Shown: piece after piece, positions 1-12,700 of the stretch
Layout: each line of letters begins with the position of its first letter
How positions within the stretch are numbered: position 1 is the first letter of the stretch
Assembly: GCA_036172245.1 (NCBI GenBank)
Contig: JAYWIR010000010.1
Coordinates: forward strand, 1,364,001 to 1,428,000
Reading direction: 5' to 3'
Length of the DNA: 64,000 nt
From: Raillietiella orientalis
Lineage: Eukaryota
Program-made: the position numbers and the translations under genes
Notes under the pieces: model-generated
The model's input: the letters and a program-made list of their open reading frames with translations, nothing else
Databases searched by the model: none
What the model was told of the DNA's origin: nothing

Positions 1-54
1 AAACTTTTTTGTTAATATGAAAAGATTCAGAATTCCTCTGGGCAGCAGTTAAAA

Positions 55-1993
55 CTTCATTGATTTTGAGATCCAGTCCTTTTTCCACTGACCTCACTAC
101 TTCCAGAAGTGCGTGCTAATCCTTTTCGTTTTTCAGGAATAAGAGAGGTCCACATATGCTACATGAGTGAGACCGCTGCCTCCGATTGTGAGTCCTTGGA
201 GACAGATCCTTTGGTAGACAATCGATAATACAGCTTCCACGTGGATGAAGAACAGCATTGGACTCGAGGAGTGTCCTTGATGGACTCCCCTTTCTGTCCG
301 GATTGCCACCGTCTCATGTCCATTAATTCGGATTTCGAAGTAAGCATCTCTGAGGATCATCTGTACGTATTTCAGGAAGTACTGTGGAAAGCTTATCTTT
401 TTCCAGATTCGCAGCAGCATCCCGCGGTCCACAGTATCGAGTGCCTTCTCCATGTCTGTCATGGCCAACACCAGGTTGTTGCCGACGTACCGGGGGTAGC
501 CGATGGAGGCCTGGGAGCACTTCACATTGTCAGATATGCACGTCCAGACACGGCCCACGTCTGCGTCGTAGAAAATCAGCGACGGCAGGACCTTCTTCAC
601 GCGGTGGGTCCAGATCTTTGCCAACCATTTGGTATCTGTGTTCAAGATTGAGAAGGGTGCTGCACCACTGCAATGACTTTCTTGAGATCGCCACTTTTCG
701 GCAGCCACCACCTCCTACTTCCGTACAACGACTCCGAAAGCTTTCCTTCCTCTCGAATTCCGATGCTCGATTCTTGGAACAGACGCAAGTGGGCGTGTAG
801 ACACCTCTGATAATGCAGATGGGAACACTGTCGGCACCCATCGCCACGTCTCTGTGCAGTTCCGCTAACGCCTCCTTGACTTCCTCGAAGGAGATATCCG
901 ATCTTGACATCAGAAGAAGGTGACGTAGTAATCTTGGAACGCCCTCATGATCTCTTCCGACGTGTGCCTCACCTTCTGTCTACAGTCAATAGCGAAGATG
1001 TCGATGGCAATGTTTATCTTTTCTTGCACACCGATCTTCCTTTCACGTTGAGGAACACGTACCGCCTCTTGTATTGTTCCTAGTACCTTGAGAGGAAGCG
1101 ATCTTCGATGTTCAGCTCTCTATGCGCTTCTTGCCTCATCTTCCCACATCCAAACTGCCAATTGCAGAACTTGTGGATAGTATGCTTCAGTCTGTCCCAA
1201 CTGTCGATGCAGAGGATGGTAGTGTACCCCAGAATCGTTTCGACGAGTTGCTGGTAGCTGGGAATTGTTTTGAACCAGGCGGACAAGGTGAGTAGTTCTG
1301 TTGTTTTGCCTGTCTGCTTCCGAGTGTGCGATTTTCAGGATGAACCGCAGCACGGGGTGGTCCGGCAGCAATGTCTGCATGTCTCAGAATCCCTGGATGC
1401 GGTTGGCGAGTTCTTGACTGTGTAGGAAGTGGCCGATCGGCTTGTGGCGGCTGTTAGCCACAGAAGTCCTAACTCTCGGACAGCTGTCGATACGACGTCC
1501 TGCCTTGGGCATTGGCGCACTGAAAGATGGTATCCAGGACACTGAAGTCGCCCATGACAAGAACGATATCCTTCGGTGTGACCTTGCTGCGCAGAAGATT
1601 CTGCACTGCCTCCGCATACCGGTGTTTTCCTCGGTGTGGTTCGTACACGTTCACCAGGAAGAGGTGCGCGCTTCCGGACTAGAACATGCGAAGTGCGACG
1701 ATGTAGCCAGACCATGGAGGAAGGGTTTCCAGGATGGTATTCGCGAGCTCTTTCTTCACGAGGGTCTCCATCCCCTTCGTCTACCTCTCGCCCAGACCCA
1801 CGAGCAGCTGGGTGTCCAACCGTCGTTCGAGCACCAGGCAGATTTGGTTGCCTGCCTCGTGTATTTCCTGCAGGCACACGATATCGTCACGCTGTATGGT
1901 GCGCGTGATGCGTCTTCTTCTCTGCTGGTTCGCCATACCGTTGTTCCAGGAAGCTATTTCGATGCTCCTAGCGATCGACAGGAAGGAGGCCAT
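55..1993 (-). pseudogene. ORF2 (AP endonuclease + reverse transcriptase) pseudogene of the L1/Tx1 element
   Basis: ORF-track fragments 1781-1993, 1469-1654, 530-910 and 133-711 carry APE and RT motifs in different frames. The catalytic YADD is degraded to YVD followed by a frameshift. Confidence 0.88.
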
Positions 1994-2209
1994 CGGGGAT
2001 TATCGAGCAGATTGAGGCTTTTTCTTTTTTGACTTGGGAGAAGCCAACTGCTTTCCCCCTGCAGATTTTTTGCAGCCGACGTTGGCTGTCTCCTTTTCTT
2101 GGGCTAGACGGACAACCCTTATGTTTCTTGAGGAGGGCGGGAATGTTGGTTAGTCTCGACGAATTTAGCCTTCGCTCTATTTAGGGCGTCCTCCACCTGT
2201 AATTTTAAC

Positions 2210-3200
2210 TTATCTCTCACGAACGTGTGTTGTGTCTTGTCTTGGAGCATGGAGATTCCGAGCGGAACCTCTCTCCGTTCCTCTTCCGTGTTGTCCGGAC
2301 GGATCGCTGCGGCGAGTTGTCGTCGCTTTCTTTTCCGGTACCACCACCTGTTGTTCCTTTTTCTCGGGCGCGCCGCTCCCCGTCGGTGCTTTTGAAGGTG
2401 AGGGAAGGTATTCTTCCATCAGCTTCTTTTTGTTCTTCGCTTTTTTCCTTTTCAGGGCATCGGTGATGCCCGGTTCATTCTTCCGATGGCCAAAGGCTCT
2501 TCCTGCCGCCGTTGCTCTTGCTCTTGCTCTGCAGGCAGCGGGAGGTAGTCCCTTTGTGACGAGTTACACCCAGAACCTCCTGCACTGCCGCTTGATGTGC
2601 CCGGAGCACTTGCAGTAGTGGCGCAGTGGTGTCTTTGTAAAATCTCGGAGGAAGGGGCTCTGCTGGCCACACTTGGAGCAGAGCGCCTTCGGAAAGGTGC
2701 CGATTCGATGATCGAACTGTTTGCAGCCTGCGCAGAAGGCAGGCTGCTACCAATATGTCGTACTTTTTGCGGGAGCGCGCCAATGCACACCTCACCCGAG
2801 ACCTTGGCATCCTCGAGCAATTTGATGTGGGCCATCGCTTCGCCTGCTAAGACCTCTTCTATGTGATTGCGGAGCGCAACCTTCTGGACCCCGCCATACT
2901 GGGAGAGGAAGTCCCAGATGTCATTCGGATTATTATGTGCAGTCATCCCTGTCAAGTAGACGCTGGTGGTGGACAGTTCTTCCATTCTTCGCAGCGGTCT
3001 GCCGTTCAGGATTGATGCCATGCTCGATGCATCTCCGATGAGCATCTCGTCGTTCGAGTGATGTGCTGAAGCCGATCGTAGACGAATGATGGCTTGGATT
3101 TTTGGAAAATCTACGCTCCCATTTTGGATAGAGAGGTAATGTTCCAGTTCTAAAGGTCACCATCTTGACCTCGGCTTTCATATTCCGAAGGGGTTTCTTT
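2210..3200 (-). pseudogene. ORF1 (gag-like nucleic-acid-binding protein) pseudogene of the L1/Tx1 element
   Basis: RRM-like stretch in ORF 2452-3045, then in another frame CAGCKQFDHRIGTF, CSKCGQQSPFLRDF and RHYCKCSGHIKRQC, i.e. three eroded CX2CX4HX4C knuckles. Confidence 0.8.
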
Positions 3201-4834
3201 ACCCGTTGTGTTTCGAAAATGGCGGACTTCTCGTCTCCGCCACGCTCGCCTTGGTTGGCGGCGCTGCTGCTGCCACCACCGAGTAGGAAAGGGGCGGTGG
3301 TGCTGCTGGTGCTGCTGTTGGTGCCGCCTACGATGATGGTACCATCGTGGCGCTTCCTGGGACCTCTTTCGAGATCGACGGCCGGCCCTCCATGGGCGAA
3401 GTGCTTGCCATGCACTGCCTGGTACCTGGCAGGTGCCTGTTTCCCTGCTTCCAGATGGCTCGAGGCACTGGGGTGGCGGTTGGAATGGTCCTCTCTGCAA
3501 TATCGTCTACTTCTTGTGCAGTCCTTCCTTCTTTTGATGTGGTTGTGGATTGACACGGGAACATCAAGCTGCCTCCCCTGAGTTCGGGAGGCTAACATCG
3601 CCTCAAAGCCAGGTAAGCACAAGCATATTCCTTAGGAATAAGGAGAACTGCGCAAGCACTGCAGGCGAAAACGAGTCCTGAGCCGGGTTCCCTTGAGTAT
3701 GAAGTGTATGGAGTTCAGATTCACAACCATCAAAGGGATTAAAGCATGTCTTTGATCTCTGCTTACATGCCGACAAAGTACAGGCGTCAACAGGAAGGGC
3801 GAACGATAAGTGTCCATCATAGTCTTCGGTTTTAAAAAACTTCTTTAAGATAATGTTGTAGCTATCCTTCGAAGATTTGCATTAGATAAGCACTGCATTC
3901 CCAGATTTGATCGACAGTTTTGTGCGCATCTGTCGTTTCTATGAGCGTAGTGATCAAACCATAAGCCACATCGAAAATTTTAAATCCTTATGGACGATGC
4001 AAAAGTGCTACTGTGTAATTGCTGAGTTGCAAGTGCAAGATGCAAAAGATATAACGCATAACGTGGGAAGCGTCTTTGGCAGCATTCTCGAGGCATAACC
4101 GTTTGCAATCTTCCGAATACCAACACACTGCTGCGGCAAATTCCCCTTTTGGCTATGATATTTTGCACTTTATCCACGAACGCTTATGAGTGACGAATCG
4201 AAGCTGCCAGCAAACTTCATATTCGTGCTCAAGAAGCGCTCTATCCAAATTTGGGTAGAGCTCTATCCAATTGAAATTTTAATCGGCCTCAGTGCGGAAT
4301 AACGAAATCGGTGGAGTACGGAGCCGAACGCAAGCATTTGGTTTTGCACTCGATTCCCTAGGACAAATCTACCTAGTCAACTAAAAGATTTCTCTGATGA
4401 GAGCTTTCCGAATGTGATCGCCAAAGGGAAAAGAGGCGGGAAACAGGAGGCCACACCAACGGACAGCCAGAGTTGGACGACAGACGAATGCGTGAAGAGG
4501 AATCTTGGATCAGCAGCTCCTCGCGGTATCTCTGGAGGACGCTTCCAGTAACCCGATAGGGTTCGAAATTTCTACGACCTCTACGTAGTGCATGGAAAAT
4601 TCTGGCAGGGGCCCCGAAAGGAGCGCTGAGTGGCAAAACTGGCACAGGGAGGGGAATAGACCGCGTGGGAAGGGACTCGAGGGACGGTCGCTCTTTCATG
4701 CTTGCCAACGGACGAGGAACACTGAAAGGTTGCCGGGGAAAAAAATATGGCTTGGTGTCGTCCTTTATCGGAATTTCGTACCTACTGTGGATGATGGACC
4801 GGGTCGTATAACAACCCTGGCCCACATTTGTCGT

Positions 4835-5613
4835 GGCGAGGGATTTTCCGGCACGGTTGCAAAGTGAGATTCGTGAATTAATTGGTGAAGAAGCAGATTT
4901 AGATGAGGACGGATTGGTTCAATCCATAGGAGACTGCAAACCCGAATGCAAATGGCAAGGAAAGTTCCACTGAAGATTCTGATCGTGCAGAGTGCGTTAG
5001 AGAAAGGTCGGTTGAAAGAAATCAGCAGAAGGACAGAGTTTGGCACAAAGGTTAGGATGATGACCTCTCAACAGAGCGCTCGGCAAAATTCAAAAGACAA
5101 CTGGATGGTTGTTTGGCTCCACCTTATGGGCTTAATAAAACATTGCAGCATAGTCGCAAGCAAGGTCTCATTACCAGCTTTTTGATAAGAAGACCAGCTG
5201 AAGCATCCAGTGAGAATGATATCAAATGATATCAAAGAGGTTTCCGGTGATAACGACATCCGGCCATTCGTAAATGAAGAACATCCACAAGATATTTTTT
5301 CTGAAGACAGTGATGATCATTAAAATATTCGTTTCTTTAATTTTGCAATGAATGCATTTTATACAATTCTTAATTTTTATAATCTCATGCCATGTATTTG
5401 TTAATTACATAGTCCATGCTCTTTTAATTATATGAATCCTTGAACGAAGAAATATGCTTTTTTTTAATGTCACTGATGCTTTGGTAATCAAAAAGATAAG
5501 CCATAGAACGTAACTCCACATTTCGTATGGAACCTAAGCCTCACACAACGCGATTTCTGTAGCGCGTGATATTTCTGGAACCTAACCTCCGCGTTATACA
5601 AGGGTTACCTGTA
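4835..5613 (+). mobile_element. Tigger/pogo DNA transposon 3' relic with terminal inverted repeat
   Basis: Translated pieces GEGFS...LQSEIRELIGEEADLDEDGLV and DDDLSTERSAKFKRQLDGCLAPPYG...RKQGLITSF resemble Tigger transposase C-termini. The element ends in ...ggaacctaacctccgcgttatacaagggttacctg (5611) followed by TA (5612-5613), a Tigger-type end and target. Confidence 0.7.
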
Positions 5614-7899
5614 TACATGTATTTCGTACGGGAAGAATGAACGAGAAATGAATCGGGAAGACAAGAGAAAAACCAAAAAATTGCCACACATACCAACACA
5701 ACCACCGAACGTTTGTCATCCAGATATGCCGGGCATTTATTATTAAAAATCTTTGCAAAATTTCATAATAAAGTCTATAGACCGTTTGGGTCGTGGTAGA
5801 ACACTTGTTTCTACCACGCTTGAAGACTTGTCGTGACCCGGTGATAAGACCGGCGAGGTCATCTCCTGAGGCGCAGGAGAAGGGGAAACCCAAACAAAAA
5901 GAAGGATAACGAGGAGGGGAATGGTTTTTAGGAAAAGGGGAGGGCAGGGTAGGGATCATTGGACGCCTGGATCGGTCCTCTGCATCCCACCACCGAACGT
6001 GACGCGTCCAAAACGCGTTAAACCAGATTTTCCGAGTGGGGGCGGAAGTCCACACCAGCTGCGCGTAAGGGACCCAGGGGGAGCGCCCTTCGTTTGCATA
6101 GGTTCCACCCAACACCACCGGAAAGGCCGGAGCGATCCGGGCAATTTCGGCGTGAGGACCGAAAACAAGGAAGCGAATGGCCGACATTGCATCTGACTGT
6201 ACTGAAGATGCAGGCGGACTGATTTTGATCCAGTTGGATAACCGGGTCGATGGAAGGACTTGTGCGATTCCCAAGCATTCTTCACACGGGCGTCAATATG
6301 GGGTGCTTGTGCAATAGCAAATGAAATTGGGAGTCCACCGTGCCCGTGACTTGATGATTGTTAAGGTGGACCCCCCATATGCACAACTCAGTCCCGTCAA
6401 AGTCATCGAGTCGTGCAACACGACGACGGCTTATACGAATACACTGCTAAGCGTAACGTAAACCTTCTTGGAGATTGCCTCCCGTGGGTGCTCGCATCCC
6501 CATTCTTCTGAGAGCTTTCTGAAAACACTCGAAATCGTGGGCAGCTGCTAGGGAGTCCATCCAGGCCGCGCACGTTCTTCTGCGGTCTCAGGTACGAGGG
6601 AAAGGCAAAACGGCTCAAATTATTGAGTTCTGCGGGCGATCGACCCTGGCTCTACTCAAGGTATCCGAAAACATGGATCTGCTCGAATTAAATGGACGTA
6701 AAACCATGCCACCCATCATCATGATTTACTGATAGCGATCACTGTTCATGATATGGAATCATTGCTTTCTGCTACTTGGAAAATGCGGAATAAATTTCGA
6801 GAGGTTTTCATGCCAAAAAGTTATCGACTGCTCTTCTTCTCAAGTTTTGAAAAGCAGAATTCAACCTTTCACCTTCTGTTTTTCATTATCTTGGCCTACT
6901 CTTTGTGTGGCTTAGCTTCCTTATTTTTTTTTCCGTGATTAGTTACTCCTTATTGCAATTATTCTCAGTATTATAGAGTAGGTGCATTGCATTGAACGAT
7001 TTTACTCATCGTGTCGAGTTTGAGCTGCAAGAACCAGCTACTCTTCTAATTCTACGTCATATCTCAGTTCAATCAACGAAGGACTTTAAACTGCTCCTCC
7101 GAACCAACTGCTTCTTATCCAAAGATGGAGACCGCCATTCTTTATCATGAGAGCGGTACTGATGAGGGCACTTTCAAGAAAGCATCATTGGTCATCGAGC
7201 CAAGCATTTTCGAAAACACTCACATCAGAGCAGAAAAAGATCTGAGGGAAGGAATGGAATATGAAGAAGAGATTTGATGGAACAAAAAGAAAAAAGAAAA
7301 ATGATTCTGAAACTTTCAGTGCCGACAGCATTTCAGACAATCATCTACCACGACTCTTCTCAATCTGATCTTGTACGGAAGCAGATACAAAATGAATGTC
7401 ATTTTGCAAGAATCGCAACTGACGATTCTTCTGTTTTTGATTGACAGATTCTTGTCCGACCTTTATCAGCTACTTGCTGTGAACTCTTGTGGCTCAAGCA
7501 TACCAATCCTCCACGCACGAGTGTCAGATAGTGTGAATCAATAAATGAAATCACACCATCCAACCTACTCTTCAATCACCTTCCAGCTCTACTCACGGAG
7601 ATGTGTCTTCTGGTTTCCGTGTACACTTAATTTATGTCTCCTTACGTGCCACTCACTTTCAAGTTTCAACTTACCTTCGATTCTCCCGGCTTCTACGCCT
7701 ACCCTATTAAACCCGCTTCTAAACACTCTACAACGTTTTTGATCCGTGTTTTTCAAATTGGAACCACTTCAGAAGCCAACAGGATCACGAGTTTTAAGCT
7801 CACTTAGAGGGTCTATCAAGTGGAGGGTCTTTTCGCGCTTCAAATTGATAAGAGGAAAGTCCTACCCACAGAACCGTGACGCTCCACGTCTTCGAGGAT

Positions 7900-8300
7900 A
7901 AAGGAGCGAGCAGCATCACATACGTCGTCTAATACAGATCTTCAATCAGCATGTTTCATGAAAAAAAAGAAAAACGGCTTGTGAATCGATTTAGAATCTT
8001 CCTAGGTACCAGCGCAGATCACGGAAGTGGGAACAAACCTCAGAGGAGAATACCATTTACGTTTGAATCGATTGCTTGGGTTTCCTCAATCCTCCGCCTC
8101 GAACTCGCCACCCCCCATCAGTTTCTTCCACCTTGTCCATGAAGAATACTCACGGAATACTTTTTAGGTGTGAAATCCATTCGGAGGGGACATCAGAGAC
8201 GAACAGCTCGTGCGACAGAGCATTTTCAATGATGGGGGAATATCAGAAGGAAATACAAGAAACTATAGGAAAGATAAATGGATAAATAAAAGCCAAAAGT
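7900..8300 (+). mobile_element. Possible hAT transposase C-terminal (dimerisation) relic
   Basis: ORF 8076-8285 contains TNSSCDRAFSMMG, resembling the hAT T-S-x-S-x-ER-x-FS motif. Single motif, heavily degraded. Confidence 0.3.
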
Positions 8301-9794
8301 AGAACACGATGAATGCCATAAGGATGCCACGGTATTCTGCCATTCATAGTAAGTGCACTAATTGAAGCAATTAATGCAACTTCATTATAAAGTTAAAGAA
8401 ATCACAGCTTGAGACACACATGGGCGGTAGCATGTGTGCTTCAGATGTCATAAAAAGCAGCACGTGATATGTGAAATCCTGCAAATGTTTTCACCGAAGT
8501 GCTGAAGAAGCACAATCCACTTTACGGCACATTCAAATCCTGAGAAGTACGAGATCAAGCTTGTGTTTGCAGAAAGTGCCGAGCCAGAAGAAAATGCAAG
8601 AAGCATAAAACCAAACTGGACTGAAGATGCTGGAAAAAGAAGAGAGCCAAACTAGCCCAGAAAGCTCAAACTACAAAAGAGCATGCTCCGTGTCATCCCT
8701 ACACTGCTATAAAAATGCAAGGCGGGAAAACAAAAACAAAGGGATCGCAGGTTGAAGAACAACCTTGCAGCTGATGATAATTGCAAAGGTAACGCAGGAA
8801 TTTACGAAGCCCTATGACATTATTTGGACAGGGACAAAGGGAGGCTCGAGGCAAAAATTCATTTCCCCCCCAGTGGAGTGGAGCTGCTAGGTATCTGCTT
8901 TTGATCTTCTGTCGTTGCATCCTGTGCTTTCTTTCAAAGACAGAAACAGAGGCAGGGAAGATGTGTAAGGATGCTTGCCTACGATCAAGTCTGTTGAGAT
9001 CAAGAATGCAGCATCTTTTCTGGTACCAGCTGCCTTTTCTGGCTGGGGTTTGTCCGGGTTGTCCAGCCAAAGAACAGGGCCACGAGGCAGCAAGTGCCCC
9101 TCGTTTCAAGCAACTGCTCGTGTGTCGAGCACTCCACTAGCGAGAAGCACTTCCTTACTCCTGAAAGCACAGCGGAACCTGCCCGAGGGGAGGAGGACAA
9201 GGGGAGGGCGAGCTACTGCCCCAATAACCGAAACGAAAGAGGACTTTCGCTGCTTCCGTTCGCCGGTGTATCGGGATGGGATCGTAAAGAGAAAAAGACC
9301 GGAGTAACTCAGTTCCGGATGATAAGTTTCAAGCAGACTGCTCTCTGCCATCATCACTGTAGCCATCACAAGAACTAGGAGGAACCTGCAACCCGCTACT
9401 CTTCGATAAACGCAGCAGTTATCGGCATCCCTGCCGTGCTCTTCCCCGAAACAGAGTTGCCGCAGGTCCGAACGCACCTACTCCAAGCGTCCCTGCTTCT
9501 GCATTCCTTACCCAAGTGCCACCGTTCTTCTGCAAGCACTCAGCTGAGAAAGACAGCAGGCAGAGAGGAGGTAGAGCTGGTGGAAAAAACTGCACACAGT
9601 TCGAGATCACAGAATCCCTATACAGGCGCATCATCACAATTATCTTGTTTTTGTTTTTCTTGCTTTTCCTTCTTTGACCCCCCTCCCCTCCCCCCATTCC
9701 TGTTTTCTTGCCTGCCAGCTGGCATTTGCAGAGAATGAAAGTCACGATGATGGTGAGGTTTATAGTTGCCTGGTTCGGCGCTTCTCCACTGCAA

Positions 9795-12700
9795 TCACAG
9801 CTTTATCAGATAGGTATCCAATGTTTCCCCGGAATAAATTTTTTTCCGGGACTCTGAAGCAGGTGGCAGCACCATGAGAGCGTTGGCATCGCGGAGGCTG
9901 ATCAGTCTACTGCTTTGCTGACGCCCTTGAAAGGAGATTCGGATAAATTTCAGAAGAATACGGCTAAGACGAATAGATGAGGAATGCAGTTGCCCCAATC
10001 ACCACGGTGAGTGGCTTCGGTGTGAGACAACTAAAAAAAAACACACACACACACACACACAAAAAGCAAACAAACTTGGGATTGAAGGCAGGAACCCGTG
10101 GCTACAAATTTTCATGTACCCCAAGGAAGTGATCTCCGTTACAAATGGTTGCGGCGTCGACAAGAACCCCCGCTTTAACCTTTCGCGTTCAACCTCACCA
10201 TGTGAAGATAACTGAGGAAGAAGACGGAGATCCGCCCGTCCGAAAAGGGAGCAAGCTTTGAACAAAGCACTCCAAAAACTCGTACGAAAAATCCCGAATC
10301 CTGACCCGTTGGTACACATCACTGCAAATAACATTTAGAATGTGCACTCGATTTAAGTAACTAATCGCCCAATCAACTGCATGCTCGTTGCACCAACCGT
10401 CATAAATAAACCTCCGTTTGCTTTCCTTCGCGAACTTCGACTGTGCACCTTTTTCGTTTTTCAGGCTGAACTTTCACATAGCTGAGCCTATCCTGTAGGT
10501 TCAGTTGTTCAGTCATCGTCCCACTCTTTCCCGTTTCACAAATTTCAAGGAGAGCTCAGTCCGTGCCTCTATAAGAGTGTAATTTGCAACTCTACTACTG
10601 TAAGAGTGATAAACCTTCACACCTTTGATCTTTACTTCCTGTATTCACCCAAGGGGTACTTGCCTCAAGGGTGTATCTTCACACTGTATGTGTACACTTT
10701 TTCATGGCAATCTGCCCTCAAAAGCTCTTTTTCGGATTCCCTATGCTCTTCGAAACTAATCTCGTGCACAACAGAGTCAAATACAAGGAAGCATCTCTTC
10801 GGAAACCATTAAACTTGGGCGAACCCGACGAATTCGTTTAAACTTCGTCCTGAATTCGGTTTGCTCTCCCGCACAGGACACTGAATCTTGACGCGAGATT
10901 CTACTAACGAACCCAATCTTTTCGGGAAGAATTTGAATCAAGTGATCCCGGAAGCCACCTCTGGAAGCGGTTCGATTTCTAAGAGCGAAGAGCTTCATTT
11001 TCAAGATTCGCGAGAGGCTATCAGTTCGCCTGTTTCGCTCCACTCGCCCATGATGGGTAGCATTAGTACTGTACTCATCAAGTACAACTCAGAGTCTCCC
11101 TTGGCAACGCGATTTGGAATCGGAAGTTTTGTTTGAAATTCTTTGCACTGGATTCAATCGCCACGGTTGAATTTCATAAGCACCACGTTTACTGCTCCTG
11201 GTTCCTAAATAAAATCACGATGGTTCCCTGTCGAATTCCAGCGCAGTCCGAGATTCCACTCCCCAAATTCGAGTGGACTAAGACTCCACTCCACTTATCT
11301 AAACGCCTTATGGGGGCTGTGTCACTTCCGTCTTTCCAAGTGAAATGACCGTCTAAGAATCCTTTGCTCACAGTCCACTACTAGACTTACTGCTTTAGCC
11401 TATTTGTCTCTCTCCATCTGGACCCAAAATCAACGGAAACCAGAGGAATTCGGATTGCATTGATTTTGAACATTCCGTCCCTCGGTGCTGGAACTCGTGG
11501 ACACATCGCAAGAGGTCACGAGCGCAATGAATGCCTGTTCAAAATGGCGACTGATAAGGAACGAGTCTTACACGAACAGTTGTCGAATAGTTCGTGAATC
11601 CCTGAGAAACACTTCCGTGGAGACTAACGGATAAAAGATTGACCAATGTCGAAAAGATGGCGGGACCAGCATGGATGGTAAGTCCTGCAGAGGTCGTCCA
11701 CTGCCAGCCTCGAAACAAGACAGCGTGCAACATCTTCATCGAACCATGAAGAACGGAGCGTTACTTGGAGCGAGTCATAACCGCCGCTATGCCACGCGTG
11801 CAGAAAAACGTACACCACGACACTTTGGCCGGGATATTCAGTCTGTTCGTTCTACGACAGCTGCCAACACCAAGTCATTCATGCTAGGCTGCTGACTCGA
11901 TGGCTTCCTTCCGCGGACTGTGACGGGAATGGCAAAGATTCGTTACCTCGAGTCCCCAAACGGAACGAAAAGTCAAGGCAAAGAGAGAGCGACTCCTGGA
12001 CCTGCGCCTTCTCCGGCGCTCAAGATCTCAAACAGTTTGTAGACAGAAGAAGTCATCACAACACTGCGCGGCAATGAGTTGCATCATCCGATGTATTCCG
12101 AGAGCTTTTCTGAAACCTCAAGATCAAACCTACGTGGAAAAATCGAACTTGTAAATACGGTACGTAAGCATCAAATCTGCGCTCTTCGAGATGACTGCGA
12201 AGAATATACACATCCACAGTAAGCTCCCGTATAAAGCGAGGGATGTGCTCCGCGTTATACGGGCCCTATGGATTACACATGGATGATACGATAAGTGTTT
12301 ATAAAAGATACATTTTATATCTTAAACGTTGTCACTGCAGTAGAATATTAGTGAAAAATTTCTTGCAGCATTTCCTCCCCAAAATTTCAGCAGTCGGAAA
12401 TTTCTTGCTGTTGCTACCCAACAGTTTGGAATTAAAAAAAATGAAGCCATGCGGCCTTGCAGTTTCCTCTCGGATTCAATGAAGATTTCGATAGAAGGAC
12501 TGTTCTGAACGCGGAAACGCTTTTCTGGACGGTTCTAATCCTCCGTTTGCAATCTTTTACAGGTGTTCGCCCACCTCACTTGGAATAAGACTTTTATAAC
12601 GTGGGAATGAAAATTCAAGCCCCCTGAATCAAATCCCTTTTAGAAACTGCCGGACACAATACGACATCCATCCGCAGCGCCGTATGGAACGGATTTACCG

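Larger units (their letters stand above)
55..3560 (-). mobile_element. Decayed L1/Tx1-clade non-LTR retrotransposon (ORF1 + APE-RT ORF2), 3'-truncated
   Basis: Minus-strand fragments occur in the expected order: ORF1 RRM-like segment (TTSVYLTGMTAHNNPNDIWDFLSQYGGV) and three degenerate CCHC knuckles at about 2580-2740; APE endonuclease (IASWNNG, DIVCLQEIH, NVYEP, VMGDF); linker (ISFEEVKEAL, MGADSVP); RT (SILNTDTKWLAKIW, DMEKALDTVD, RGVHQGHSSSPMLF, AYVD, LKIN). Many frameshifts and stops. Ends are approximate. Confidence 0.88.

Noticed and set aside
3690..3790. SLISAYMPT endonuclease-like fragment on the plus strand
   Set aside because: Too short and interrupted by a stop to support a separate element call.
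5800..6620. Possible LTR-retrotransposon integrase end or LTR (LTRFGRV motif)
   Set aside because: Only one short motif; no paired LTR, PBS or clear integrase core was found.
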